DNA of 64,000 bases from Clostridiales bacterium. Lineage in GTDB: Bacteria; Bacillota; Clostridia; Peptostreptococcales; Anaerovoracaceae. The position numbers were made by a program, and so were the translations under genes. Positions 23,711 through 32,599 of this stretch are shown piece after piece. The notes beneath the pieces were generated by a model. It saw only the letters and a program-made list of their open reading frames with translations. It was not told the origin of the DNA and searched no databases. The stretch's first letter is position 1. Every line of letters begins with the position of its first letter. The stretch covers positions 383 to 64,382 of the forward strand of contig JAAYHV010000066.1 in assembly GCA_012744355.1 (NCBI GenBank), given 5' to 3'.

Positions 23711-24294
23711 GAAGTTCAGTAATAGAAAGAAAAACAACTGAGACTGATGTATACAGTTCATTAGCCATTGAAGGTAGTGGTAAATATGACATTGATACGA
23801 AATGCGGATTTTTAGATCATATGCTTGAGCTTTTTTCGAGGCACGGAAGATTTGATTTAAGCGTCAAGTGTAATGGTGACACATATGTGGATTATCATCA
23901 CAGCGTAGAAGATATAGGTATTGTTTTGGGCCAATGTTTTTTAGAAGCTCTAGGAGATAAAAAGGGCATTAAAAGATATGGCACAGCTACAGTGCCTATG
24001 GATGAAGCCCTTGTTATTACCGCACTTGATATATCAGGAAGATCATATCTTGTATTTAATGCAGATATGCCTACAGAAAAAGTCGGAGATTTTGATACAG
24101 AGCTTGTAAAGGAATTCTTTACAGCTTTTGCAAGAGAGTGTAAAGTTACTCTACACATAAACCTTTTATACGGAGAGAACACTCACCATATAATCGAGGG
24201 GATATTCAAGAGTTTCGGAAGAGCTATTAAGGAAGCTGTAAGGATAGACGAAAATTCAAAAGGTGAGATACCTTCTACAAAGGGAGTGTTATGA
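23707..24294 (+). CDS. hisB: imidazoleglycerol-phosphate dehydratase (monofunctional)
   Basis: ATG 23707 overlaps the hisC stop (ATGA). Has the RKTTETDV start and HHSVED / HHIIEG metal-binding motifs. Confidence 0.93.
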   Translation: MRSSVIERKTTETDVYSSLAIEGSGKYDIDTKCGFLDHMLELFSRHGRFDLSVKCNGDTYVDYHHSVEDIGIVLGQCFLEALGDKKGIKRYGTATVPMDEALVITALDISGRSYLVFNADMPTEKVGDFDTELVKEFFTAFARECKVTLHINLLYGENTHHIIEGIFKSFGRAIKEAVRIDENSKGEIPSTKGVL

Positions 24295-24902
24295 TAGGAA
24301 TAATAGATTATGGAGTAGGAAATCTTTTTAGTTTAAAATCATCTCTTGACTATTTAGGTCTTGAATCTGTTGTGACAAATGAAGAAGCTATATTAAGAAA
24401 AACTGACAGAATAATTCTGCCAGGAGTAGGAGCATTTAAAGATGCCTACGATAAACTTGATAAAATAGGATTAATACCAGTACTTGGTGAAATAATAAAA
24501 GATGGAAAACCCCTTCTTGGAATTTGCCTTGGAATGCAGCTTCTCTTTGATAAGAGTTATGAACATGGAGAATGCAGAGGCTTGGGATATATAAATGGAG
24601 ACATTATTCCAATGAAACGAGTGGTAGATGAGCAACTGAAAATACCTCACATTGGCTGGAATGAACTTAAAATAGCCGACAAATCTAATCCTTTAATTAA
24701 GTATACAAAGGAAGGCGATTTTGTCTATTTTGTACATTCATATATGGGGAGTAATTGTGAATCTAGCCTTGTGGCATATTCTGAGTATGGAGCCAAGGTA
24801 CCAGCCATTGTATCAAAAGATAATATATATGGATGTCAGTTTCATCCCGAGAAAAGTGGCGAAGTTGGCCTTAAAATATTACGAGCATTTTCAGAGATAT
24901 AG
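24291..24902 (+). CDS. hisH: imidazole glycerol phosphate synthase, glutaminase subunit
   Basis: 203 aa with GICLGMQ catalytic Cys and a QFHPEKS C-terminal motif. Confidence 0.94.
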   Translation: MIGIIDYGVGNLFSLKSSLDYLGLESVVTNEEAILRKTDRIILPGVGAFKDAYDKLDKIGLIPVLGEIIKDGKPLLGICLGMQLLFDKSYEHGECRGLGYINGDIIPMKRVVDEQLKIPHIGWNELKIADKSNPLIKYTKEGDFVYFVHSYMGSNCESSLVAYSEYGAKVPAIVSKDNIYGCQFHPEKSGEVGLKILRAFSEI

Positions 24903-24918
24903 TTAGGAGAGATTAGCA

Positions 24919-25635
24919 ATGAAAATATTTCCAGCGATAGATTTAAAAGATGGCAAGGTAGTTAGGCTTACGCAAGGAGACTACAATAAAGTCGATGTGT
25001 TTGGCCTTAACCCTTTAGACATAGCCTTAAAATTTCAAAAACAAGGAGCTAAGTATCTTCATGTGGTTGACTTAGATGGCGCTAAAGATGGACAGCTTTC
25101 CAATTACAATTCAGTGAAAAAGATAGTAGAAAATACTGATTTATTTATTGAAGTTGGAGGTGGAATTAGAAATGCCGATAGAATTGATAAGTACCTTAGT
25201 ATTGGCGTTAACAGAGTAATTCTAGGGACTGCAGCCGTGAGAGATTTTGCTTTTTTAGAAAAAGCGGTTTCTAAATACGGAGACAAGATAGCACTGGGAG
25301 TAGACGCAAAAGATGGATATGTTGCAGTTGAAGGATGGCTTGAAAAAACAGAAATCAATGGATTGGAATTTTGTAAAAGAGCAAGAGATATAGGTATAAA
25401 GACAGTGATTTACACAGATATTGAAACTGACGGCGCTATGAATGGTACGAATTTAAATGTATTTTCTGAGCTTAGTAAGATAAAAGGTTTGGATATAATA
25501 GCATCTGGTGGCGTTTCTTCCATAGACGAGATTGGAAAGCTAAAAGAAATTGGCGTTAGCGGCGTCATAATTGGAAAAGCTATTTATCTAGGAGCAATAG
25601 ATTTAAGCGAAGCTATAAAGGAGGCGGCGGAATGA
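24919..25635 (+). CDS. hisA: ProFAR isomerase
   Basis: 238 aa with the IFPAIDLKDGKVVRL N-terminus and a TIM barrel with GGGIR. Confidence 0.94.
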   Translation: MKIFPAIDLKDGKVVRLTQGDYNKVDVFGLNPLDIALKFQKQGAKYLHVVDLDGAKDGQLSNYNSVKKIVENTDLFIEVGGGIRNADRIDKYLSIGVNRVILGTAAVRDFAFLEKAVSKYGDKIALGVDAKDGYVAVEGWLEKTEINGLEFCKRARDIGIKTVIYTDIETDGAMNGTNLNVFSELSKIKGLDIIASGGVSSIDEIGKLKEIGVSGVIIGKAIYLGAIDLSEAIKEAAE

Positions 25636-26387
25636 TTACAAAAAGAATAATACCTTGCCTTGATGTTAGAAACGGAAGAGTAGTAAAGGGAACTAATTTT
25701 AAAGGAGTGTCGGATGTAGAAGACCCGGTAAAACTTGCTAAGCTATATAATCAAGCAGGAGCAGATGAGCTGGTTTTTTATGATATAACTGCCAGCGTTG
25801 AGGACAGACCTCTTTTTACAGGAATATTAAAGGAAGTTGCTAAAGAAATTTTTATACCTCTTACAGTTGGAGGTAGCATTAATACATTAGGCGATTTTGA
25901 CAGAGTGCTTAAGGCAGGAGCCGATAAGGTTAGCGTAAATTCTGGGGCTATTAAAAATCCTGATTTAATAAATGAGGCCGCCGAGAAATATGGCAATCAA
26001 TGCGTAGTTCTATCAGTTGATGTTGCAAGGGTTAACGGAGAGTATCGTGTTTTCACCAAAGGTGGTAGAGAAGACACAGGCATAAATGCACTAGACTGGA
26101 TAGTTGAGGGAGAAAAAAGAGGTGCTGGAGAACTGGTTTTAAACAGCATTGATACTGATGGTGTAAAAAAAGGTTTTGATTTAGAAATGCTGCGAGATGT
26201 AGCAAAACTTATATCAATACCAATAATTGCATCAGGCGGAGCAGGTAAAATGGAAGATTTCGTGGAACTTTTTAAGATCCAGGGAGTGGATGCAGGTCTT
26301 GCTGCTAGTATTTTTCACTATAAGGAAATTGGCGTTAACGAATTAAAAATATACTTAAAAGAGCAAGGAATAAACATGAGGGTTTAG
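25632..26387 (+). CDS. hisF: imidazole glycerol phosphate synthase, cyclase subunit
   Basis: 251 aa with KRIIPCLDV ... VVKG and ASGGAG motifs. Confidence 0.95.
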   Translation: MITKRIIPCLDVRNGRVVKGTNFKGVSDVEDPVKLAKLYNQAGADELVFYDITASVEDRPLFTGILKEVAKEIFIPLTVGGSINTLGDFDRVLKAGADKVSVNSGAIKNPDLINEAAEKYGNQCVVLSVDVARVNGEYRVFTKGGREDTGINALDWIVEGEKRGAGELVLNSIDTDGVKKGFDLEMLRDVAKLISIPIIASGGAGKMEDFVELFKIQGVDAGLAASIFHYKEIGVNELKIYLKEQGINMRV

Positions 26388-26395
26388 GTGATAAT

Positions 26396-27043
26396 ATGTT
26401 GGATGTGGATAAAATAAATTTTGATGATAAGGGACTTATACCAGCCATTGTGCAGGACTACTATACCGACGAGGTATTAACCTTAGCATATATGAATAAG
26501 GAAAGCCTTGGAATAAGCATAAAAGAAAAAAGAACGTGTTTTTTTTCTAGGTCGAGGCAAGAACTTTGGAGAAAGGGCGAGACTTCGGGAAATACACAAG
26601 AGATAGTTTCGATTACAGCAGATTGTGATAAGGATGCTCTAGTTGTAAAAGTTATAAAAAAAGGGCCTGCATGCCACCTTGGTAACGAATCTTGTTTTTC
26701 ATTTCCCGTTTACGAGGATGAGAGAAACGATAAGTTTGATTTTGAAAATTTATATAGACTTCTTGAGCAGAGAAAAGATGAAATGCCAGAAGGCAGTTAT
26801 ACTACTTATCTATTTGAAAAGGGTAAGGACAAGATTCTTAAAAAAATTGGTGAAGAGTGTACTGAAGTTATAATTGGGGCGATGAAAGAAGATAAGAATG
26901 AAACAGTTTATGAAATAGCTGATGTATGTTATCATTTAATGGTACTTATGGTAAATGATGGAATAAGTGTGAAAGATGTAAAGGATGAACTTGCATCTAG
27001 ACACATAATTGATCATAAAATTAAACAGGAAACTATGAAATAG
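26396..27043 (+). CDS. hisI: bifunctional phosphoribosyl-AMP cyclohydrolase / phosphoribosyl-ATP pyrophosphatase
   Basis: 215 aa. The N-terminal half is HisI (LIPAIVQD ... [16 protein letters not shown] ... DCD). The C-terminal half is HisE (SYTTYLF ... KIGEE). Confidence 0.92.
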   Translation: MLDVDKINFDDKGLIPAIVQDYYTDEVLTLAYMNKESLGISIKEKRTCFFSRSRQELWRKGETSGNTQEIVSITADCDKDALVVKVIKKGPACHLGNESCFSFPVYEDERNDKFDFENLYRLLEQRKDEMPEGSYTTYLFEKGKDKILKKIGEECTEVIIGAMKEDKNETVYEIADVCYHLMVLMVNDGISVKDVKDELASRHIIDHKIKQETMK

Positions 27044-27052
27044 GGAGTTAAA

Positions 27053-27868
27053 ATGATTAGATCTTCAATGCATAACCATACAGATTTATGTGATGGCAAT
27101 AATACTCCTGACGAAATGGTAGTTGCTGCAATTGATGCAGGATTTACCGATTTTGGATTCTCGGGCCATAGCATGAATGAAAAATACTTTAATGAATGGG
27201 GACTTCATGATGAAGATGCCTATATAAAAGAGATTAACCGCATTAAAGAAAAATATAAAAAACAAATAAACATATACGTCGGTATTGAAAATGACTATTT
27301 TGGAAGAACAAAGAATTCAGATAAATTAGACTTTTTAATAACTTCTGTCCATGGATTTGTAAATTCTGATGATACAAAATACTACTCTGTGGATAACGGC
27401 GCAGAGGAGTTAATAGCAGGAATTGATAGCGTATACTCTGGAAACGCAATGAGCATGATTAAAGCCTATTACGAGAATCTTTGCAAGGCTGCATTGCTAG
27501 ATAAACCAGATATCATTGGGCATTTAGATTTACCTATTAAACATAATGAAGGAAACTTTATATTTAATGAAAATTCTGATGAATACCTTAAAATAGCAAA
27601 AGATGCTATAAGATATCTTAGCGCGTTTAGCGTGTTTGAAGTAAATACGGGAGGCATGTACAGAGGTTACAGAGAGTTTCCTTATCCTAAAGAAGAGCTT
27701 TTATATTACATATTAAAGGAAAGCGGAAAGGTCACAATTTCTGCTGATGCTCATAGTATAAACGGTATAGACTACAAGCTTGATGAGATGGAAGACCTTG
27801 TAAAAGACATAGGTTTTAAAGAATTTTATATATATGAAAACGGAGAATTTAAAAGACACCGCCTTTAA
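27053..27868 (+). CDS. hisK: PHP-family histidinol phosphatase
   Basis: 271 aa with the PHP signature (HNHT ... GFSGHS ... SVHG ... SADAHS). It is the last gene of the his operon and complements the monofunctional HisB. Confidence 0.85.
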   Translation: MIRSSMHNHTDLCDGNNTPDEMVVAAIDAGFTDFGFSGHSMNEKYFNEWGLHDEDAYIKEINRIKEKYKKQINIYVGIENDYFGRTKNSDKLDFLITSVHGFVNSDDTKYYSVDNGAEELIAGIDSVYSGNAMSMIKAYYENLCKAALLDKPDIIGHLDLPIKHNEGNFIFNENSDEYLKIAKDAIRYLSAFSVFEVNTGGMYRGYREFPYPKEELLYYILKESGKVTISADAHSINGIDYKLDEMEDLVKDIGFKEFYIYENGEFKRHRL

Positions 27869-27892
27869 ATAGTCGGTGTCGGTTTATTTTTT
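27855..27892 (+). terminator. his operon terminator overlapping both convergent gene ends
   Basis: GACACCG (27855-27861) / CGGTGTC (27874-27880) stem, 12-nt loop, then GGTTTATTTTTT. Confidence 0.6.
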
Positions 27893-29070
27893 GAATTTTC
27901 AACTAATAAATGTTTGATGAACTGCTTTGCAGTCCTTGGGCTTCTGCCGTTTTGTCTTAATGCGTACGCTTCAGCTCCTAAAATTAATTCATCGGTAGGA
28001 ACGTTTAAATCTATTTCGCGAGCGAGATGTTTGACTATAGAGATGTAGGTATCTTTGCCCGGTTTTAGATATGTCAGGGTTAACCCAAATCTTGATGCTA
28101 AGCTCATATTCTCTTGCAATGTATCACTTAGATGCACACTGCTATTTATTCTGTCAGAATGACTTTCATCAATCATGTGCCTTCTATTACTTGTAACATA
28201 TATAAGTGTGTTATCGCTGTATGAAGAGGACTTGCCTTCTAAAATACCTTTAAGCATGCAGAATCTTTCGTCAGTTGCGCTTACGCTTAAATCATCTATA
28301 AATAAGATGAACTTAAGTGGAGTCTCTTCCAATTGCTCTAGGATATCAGGAATATATTTAATCTGATCTGTATCGAGCTCGATTAGTCTTAGCCCTTGCT
28401 TAAAGAGGCTATTACATACGGCTTTTACAGTGGAACTTTTACCTGTTCCTGCTGCTCCGTATAAAAGAGCATTGCTTGCATCAACTCCGTTTAAAAAGGC
28501 TACCGTATTATCGTGTAGTCTTGAGATGTTTGATTTATACTCATATAACTGATCAAGAGACTGTGGATCAGGGTTATTCACAGGGTATAGTTTTCCTTCT
28601 TTTACTCTAAATACGTTATGCTTGGCGTATTCTCCAAATCCCAATTTATTAACATTTTTTATAGTTTTTCTGTAGGATCTGAAAAGATCAATGTTACTAG
28701 TATCCCAGTCAGGCAAATTTGTATCGCTAAATTCACTGCCTATAAGATCTCTGCCGTGAGAAGTAGAAAGATTGTTTAGTATAAGCAAATCTCTTTTAAG
28801 AGCGTGCTCTATTTCGCTACTAATCTTATGGTCTTTAGCCATACGCCTAATATAGATGTTGTCATCTTCACTAACAAGCTTTAAAACTAAATCACTGATA
28901 TTGCCGTTTCCTTGATCATACACAACATTTACAAGTGCGCAGTATTTGCTTAATGTTTCCTGCTTAGATTTATCATAAATCGAGCAATCATATAACTCTA
29001 TGATTGCTTTAAATAAGCAACTGTCATATAAATTTCTAAATATCGTAAGTGAATATAGTTGTTCTATCAT
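27865..29070 (-). CDS. DUF815-family AAA+ ATPase of unknown function
   Basis: 401 aa with Walker A GAAGTGKSSTVKA, Walker B ILFIDDLS, SNRRH and RSPRTAKQF motifs, which I recognise as the DUF815 pattern. The first ~190 aa are unassigned. The ATG directly abuts the ilvE stop. Confidence 0.8.
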   Translation of the reverse strand: MIEQLYSLTIFRNLYDSCLFKAIIELYDCSIYDKSKQETLSKYCALVNVVYDQGNGNISDLVLKLVSEDDNIYIRRMAKDHKISSEIEHALKRDLLILNNLSTSHGRDLIGSEFSDTNLPDWDTSNIDLFRSYRKTIKNVNKLGFGEYAKHNVFRVKEGKLYPVNNPDPQSLDQLYEYKSNISRLHDNTVAFLNGVDASNALLYGAAGTGKSSTVKAVCNSLFKQGLRLIELDTDQIKYIPDILEQLEETPLKFILFIDDLSVSATDERFCMLKGILEGKSSSYSDNTLIYVTSNRRHMIDESHSDRINSSVHLSDTLQENMSLASRFGLTLTYLKPGKDTYISIVKHLAREIDLNVPTDELILGAEAYALRQNGRSPRTAKQFIKHLLVENSKNKPTPTI

Positions 29071-30141
29071 TTATTTTACCTTAACGGTCCAATTGTAAAC
29101 ATCATCTAATTGTCCTGTTTGGATACCGTATATAGTATCGTAGAGGTCCTTAGCAATGCCACCTATTTTGTTGTTGTTAATAATCATAACCCTATCTTTG
29201 TAATTAAGTTCGCCTACAGGAGAAATGATAGCTGCAGTACCAGTTGCAAACATCTCTTTAAGCTCACCACTTTCATAAGCATTAACCAGTTCATCCATAG
29301 AAAGTTTCTTTTCTTTAACGATTACATCATTATCTCTTAAGTAAGTAATTACTGAATCTCTTGTAATGCCAGGTAAGATGGTTCCGTCTAGGGGAGCAGT
29401 TATTACCTCATCGCCAATTACAAAGAATGCGTTAGAAGTGCCAACTTCTTCGATATATTTTCTTTCAATACTATCTAGCCAAAGAACTTGTTCATATCCC
29501 TTTTCATGAGCAATTTCTTGGGCTTTTAGTGCTGCGGCATAATTACCTGCGCATTTTGCTTCACCAGTTCCGCCTTTAGTTGCTCTTACATAAAAATCTT
29601 CAACCCAAAGCTTAGTTGGTTTTAGGCCATCTTTATAATATGAACCCACAGGGCTAAGTATTATTATAAATTTATATGTCTTTGAAGCCCTAACGCCTAA
29701 ATAAGGCTCAGTAGCTATGATAAAAGGTCTGATATAAAGGGAAGTACCTTGTTTTCCGGGTATCCAATCGGAGTCTACATCTACTAGAGCTTTAATTGCA
29801 GCTACGAATAAGTCCTCATCTATTTCAGGTATACATAAACGGTTGTTGGTGTTGTTAGTTCTCTTAGCATTCATATCAGGTCTAAATAGAAGCACATCAC
29901 CGTGTACAGATTTATATGATTTTAATCCTTCAAACATTTCTTGTCCGTAGTGAAGATTGCTTGATGCTGGATCTAATTGCAGCGGTGCGTAGGGAACTAT
30001 TCTTCCGTCATACCAGCCTTTTCCTTCTTCATATTCCATTATGAACATATGATCTGTGAATTCAACACCAAATTGTAAATCGGCATCGTTTGGTTTTTGT
30101 TTTAAATTTTTAGTTCCTTCAAATTTGAAATTGTATTTCAT
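29071..30141 (-). CDS. ilvE: branched-chain amino acid aminotransferase
   Basis: 356 aa class-IV aminotransferase (YGQEMFEGLKSY ... GTGEAKCAGNYAA ... EVGTSNAF). Confidence 0.93.
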   Translation of the reverse strand: MKYNFKFEGTKNLKQKPNDADLQFGVEFTDHMFIMEYEEGKGWYDGRIVPYAPLQLDPASSNLHYGQEMFEGLKSYKSVHGDVLLFRPDMNAKRTNNTNNRLCIPEIDEDLFVAAIKALVDVDSDWIPGKQGTSLYIRPFIIATEPYLGVRASKTYKFIIILSPVGSYYKDGLKPTKLWVEDFYVRATKGGTGEAKCAGNYAAALKAQEIAHEKGYEQVLWLDSIERKYIEEVGTSNAFFVIGDEVITAPLDGTILPGITRDSVITYLRDNDVIVKEKKLSMDELVNAYESGELKEMFATGTAAIISPVGELNYKDRVMIINNNKIGGIAKDLYDTIYGIQTGQLDDVYNWTVKVK

Positions 30142-30182
30142 TCTTTTACCCCATATCCGTATAAAACATTTTTATACAATAA

Positions 30183-30211
30183 ATAATATACTATAAATTG
30201 TGCAAAGTCAA
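30183..30211 (-). promoter_or_regulatory. sigma-A type promoter for ilvE-DUF815
   Basis: Minus strand: TTGACT (30211-30206), 17-nt spacer, TATTAT (30188-30183). The leader is only about 45 nt and contains a small hairpin GTATAAAA/TTTTATAC. Confidence 0.5.
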
Positions 30212-30353
30212 CAAATTAAAGAAAAATAAATTGTTTTAATAAACAAAACATGAAGTTTCCTTCATAATTACTATTAGAGTATATTTTTTATAAATTTAGT
30301 AGTATAATATTGCTGTGAGCTAATAAAGTAATTTTAATAAGAGGTAAATGTAG

Positions 30354-31037
30354 ATGATAAAAAAGAAGACTCCTAACGTTGATTTAAATGATTATACTTT
30401 GCCTGACGGAACTATGCTAGACGAGCAGGTAAGAAAAGAAATTGACGAAATTAGGCCGATTTACCAAGCGGCTTTGAGAGAAGTTATTACTAAAATTGAA
30501 ATTTTAGATGATGATTTGCAAAGAAAAAACTATTACGTACCTATACACTACATGGAAAGCAGAATTAAATCTGTAGCTAGCACTATTGAAAAAGCAGAAA
30601 GATATGGTATATTAGATCCAATAAGCAACATAGACAAAGTTAAAGACCAGATTAAAGATATAGCAGGAGTTAGGGTTGTATGCAAATATATAGATAACCT
30701 TTATTATTTTTCTGAATATTTAATAAAGCAAGATAATGTTGAGTTAGTATGCATCAAGGATTACTGTAAAACACCCAAAAAGAGTGGATATAGAAGTCTG
30801 CATGTTGTAATCAAAGTTCCCATTTATTATTTAGATAGAACTTTATATGTGCCAGTTGAAATCCAGTTTAGGACGATTGCTATGGATACATGGGCTAGCT
30901 TAGAACATGAACTTAAATATAAAAATAAAGGTCAAGTTTCAGAGGAAATGCATGAGAGGCTGATAGACTGTGCAAACAAACTATTAGAAATAGATGTGCA
31001 GATGGAAGAGATAAGAAAGACCATAATAAAAGAATAA
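30354..31037 (+). CDS. small alarmone synthetase (RelQ/RelP-type GTP pyrophosphokinase)
   Basis: 227 aa, single RelA/SpoT synthetase domain (ESRIKS ... DIAGVRVVC ... GYRSLHVVIKVP ... VEIQFRTIAMDTWASLEHELKYK). Confidence 0.9.
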   Translation: MIKKKTPNVDLNDYTLPDGTMLDEQVRKEIDEIRPIYQAALREVITKIEILDDDLQRKNYYVPIHYMESRIKSVASTIEKAERYGILDPISNIDKVKDQIKDIAGVRVVCKYIDNLYYFSEYLIKQDNVELVCIKDYCKTPKKSGYRSLHVVIKVPIYYLDRTLYVPVEIQFRTIAMDTWASLEHELKYKNKGQVSEEMHERLIDCANKLLEIDVQMEEIRKTIIKE

Positions 31038-31043
31038 ACCTTG

Positions 31044-31075
31044 AGTGGATAAGCGTGATGTTTATCCACTTTTTA
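31044..31075 (+). terminator. intrinsic terminator after the alarmone synthetase gene
   Basis: AGTGGATAA / TTATCCACT stem followed by TTTTT. Confidence 0.75.
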
Positions 31076-31087
31076 AGTGTTAAAGAC
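31060..31087 (+). repeat. direct repeat copy 1 (flanks the acyltransferase gene)
   Basis: GTTTATCCACTTTTTAAGTGTTAAAGAC. It matches 32473-32499 at 24 of 27 aligned positions with one 1-nt indel, and the first 14 nt are identical. Confidence 0.7.
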
Positions 31088-31115
31088 AGTATATTTTACT
31101 CTTTAAATAATAAGG

Positions 31116-32234
31116 CTATTTCTGAGAAGCTAAATCAAGTTTTTTCTTGATGCGATTAAAGGGATAAGTTATCATACTATATATACTATCCATAAAGAAA
31201 TTGAATGCCCTAGACACAGGTTCTGCTGACAGTGCCCAAGTTGTTATGAATGCAAGAACTAAAGGAATAATCATTGCATATATTCCTCCGCCAAAGTCAG
31301 TGTCTATTTTAACTAATATGTGCCTTAGGCTTAAGTGAAGTGCATATACTGACATGGAATTTAAACCTGCTTTCGTATACCAGGTTTCTTTGTCCGGAAC
31401 TATTATTATAAAAACAATAATCCATATCACGGCAATTGCCAAAAGTCCAGCTCTAATGAGGGCACCTTCTAAGGGACCAAATCCCACGTGGGCGTATGGC
31501 ATTTTAAAGTACCATGTAGACATAGGTAAAACCTTGTTATATGCCATGAGAAAGGAATATGTTACTAGTAATATAAGGCCTAACCATCCAATCCACTTGG
31601 GAATATTTCTAATTTTTTCTATATGATCTGCAGTGCATAAATATCCCAAAATGAAGAAAGGTAAAAATCCAAAAGCCCTGCCTAATGCTAATGTGCTATC
31701 TAATTGAGGAACGAACCCAGCGACAATAGATACAACAAAAGTTATAGGTAGGAGGAATTTACCAAGTCTCACCAAATCTTTTAATAAGAAGCGGTAGAAG
31801 AACAGAACTATCATAAACCATAGAGCCAAAGAAGGTAGCATAAAATCTAAGTTTGCATTTCCATAAATCAAATATCTGACAACATACATAACTATTGACA
31901 AGAGAAGGTAAGGGTACAAAAAGGTTCTAAAGGATTTTTTTCTGCTCTTATCTACATTTTTAGAAAAATACCCCGAGGCAAAAATAAAAATAATCATGTC
32001 GCAAGAGATCATGGTCAAGTAAGTTGCCCCACCTAAACTGTCAGTTGAAAACCCATTAGCTGCATGAAGATAATGGGTACAAACAACAACCCAAATCATA
32101 ATTGCTTTTAAGTTGTCAATCAGATAGTTCCGCTCTTTTAATTTTTCTAATTTCGGCTCAGGAGTTATTAAAGTTTCTATTTCCGTTTTATTTCCTGAAA
32201 TTGTTCTAGGATCTTTTTCAATTTTACTTACCAA
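31116..32234 (-). CDS. acyltransferase family 3 integral membrane protein
   Basis: 372 aa with about 10 TM helices and an Acyl_transf_3-like N-terminus (YLIDNLKAIMIWVVVCTHY). TTG start with a GGAGA RBS 10 nt upstream. Confidence 0.8.
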   Translation of the reverse strand: MVSKIEKDPRTISGNKTEIETLITPEPKLEKLKERNYLIDNLKAIMIWVVVCTHYLHAANGFSTDSLGGATYLTMISCDMIIFIFASGYFSKNVDKSRKKSFRTFLYPYLLLSIVMYVVRYLIYGNANLDFMLPSLALWFMIVLFFYRFLLKDLVRLGKFLLPITFVVSIVAGFVPQLDSTLALGRAFGFLPFFILGYLCTADHIEKIRNIPKWIGWLGLILLVTYSFLMAYNKVLPMSTWYFKMPYAHVGFGPLEGALIRAGLLAIAVIWIIVFIIIVPDKETWYTKAGLNSMSVYALHLSLRHILVKIDTDFGGGIYAMIIPLVLAFITTWALSAEPVSRAFNFFMDSIYSMITYPFNRIKKKLDLASQK

Positions 32235-32472
32235 CTTTTTTCATTCTCCGTTTCGTTTCACTCTATCGAGGAATCATTTTATTATATATTTACAACCAGA
32301 ATATACCACAAATCCGAATCTTTTGCACAACATTATTTATGATTATCAAATTTTTAATATTACCATCTTTCAAAATCAACAAGGGAAAAATTATACTGGC
32401 ATTAGTTTATGCGTTATTCATAGTCTGGCCTTGCTAAAAAGGACGCTTTAAAAACTGGTTATCAATCATAAA

Positions 32473-32499
32473 GTTTATCCACTTTTAGGTATTAAATAC
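32473..32499 (+). repeat. direct repeat copy 2
   Basis: GTTTATCCACTTTTAGGTATTAAATAC. See copy 1 at 31060-31087. Confidence 0.7.
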
Positions 32500-32599
32500 T
32501 TGACTTTTAAGTTTAATAATATAAACTAATAGATGTTAATAAAATAGCAGACAAATGGTCAATTTAAGGGGCTTAGACATAATATTAAGGAGATTAAGA

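Noticed and set aside
30354-31037. The small alarmone synthetase as a toxSAS toxin-antitoxin module.
   Set aside because: Its length and motifs match housekeeping RelQ/RelP enzymes. No small co-oriented antitoxin ORF is adjacent; the next gene is a convergent membrane acyltransferase beyond a terminator.
32232-32244. Possible phase-variable poly-A tract at the acyltransferase start. On the minus strand, ATG-A6-G gives an ATG one frame off from the main ORF.
   Set aside because: The out-of-frame ATG sits directly against the GGAGA RBS with no spacer and terminates after 6 codons. The in-frame TTG at 32234 has a workable 10-nt spacing from the RBS. A 6-nt homopolymer is short for slipped-strand switching. 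A normal TTG start is the simpler reading.
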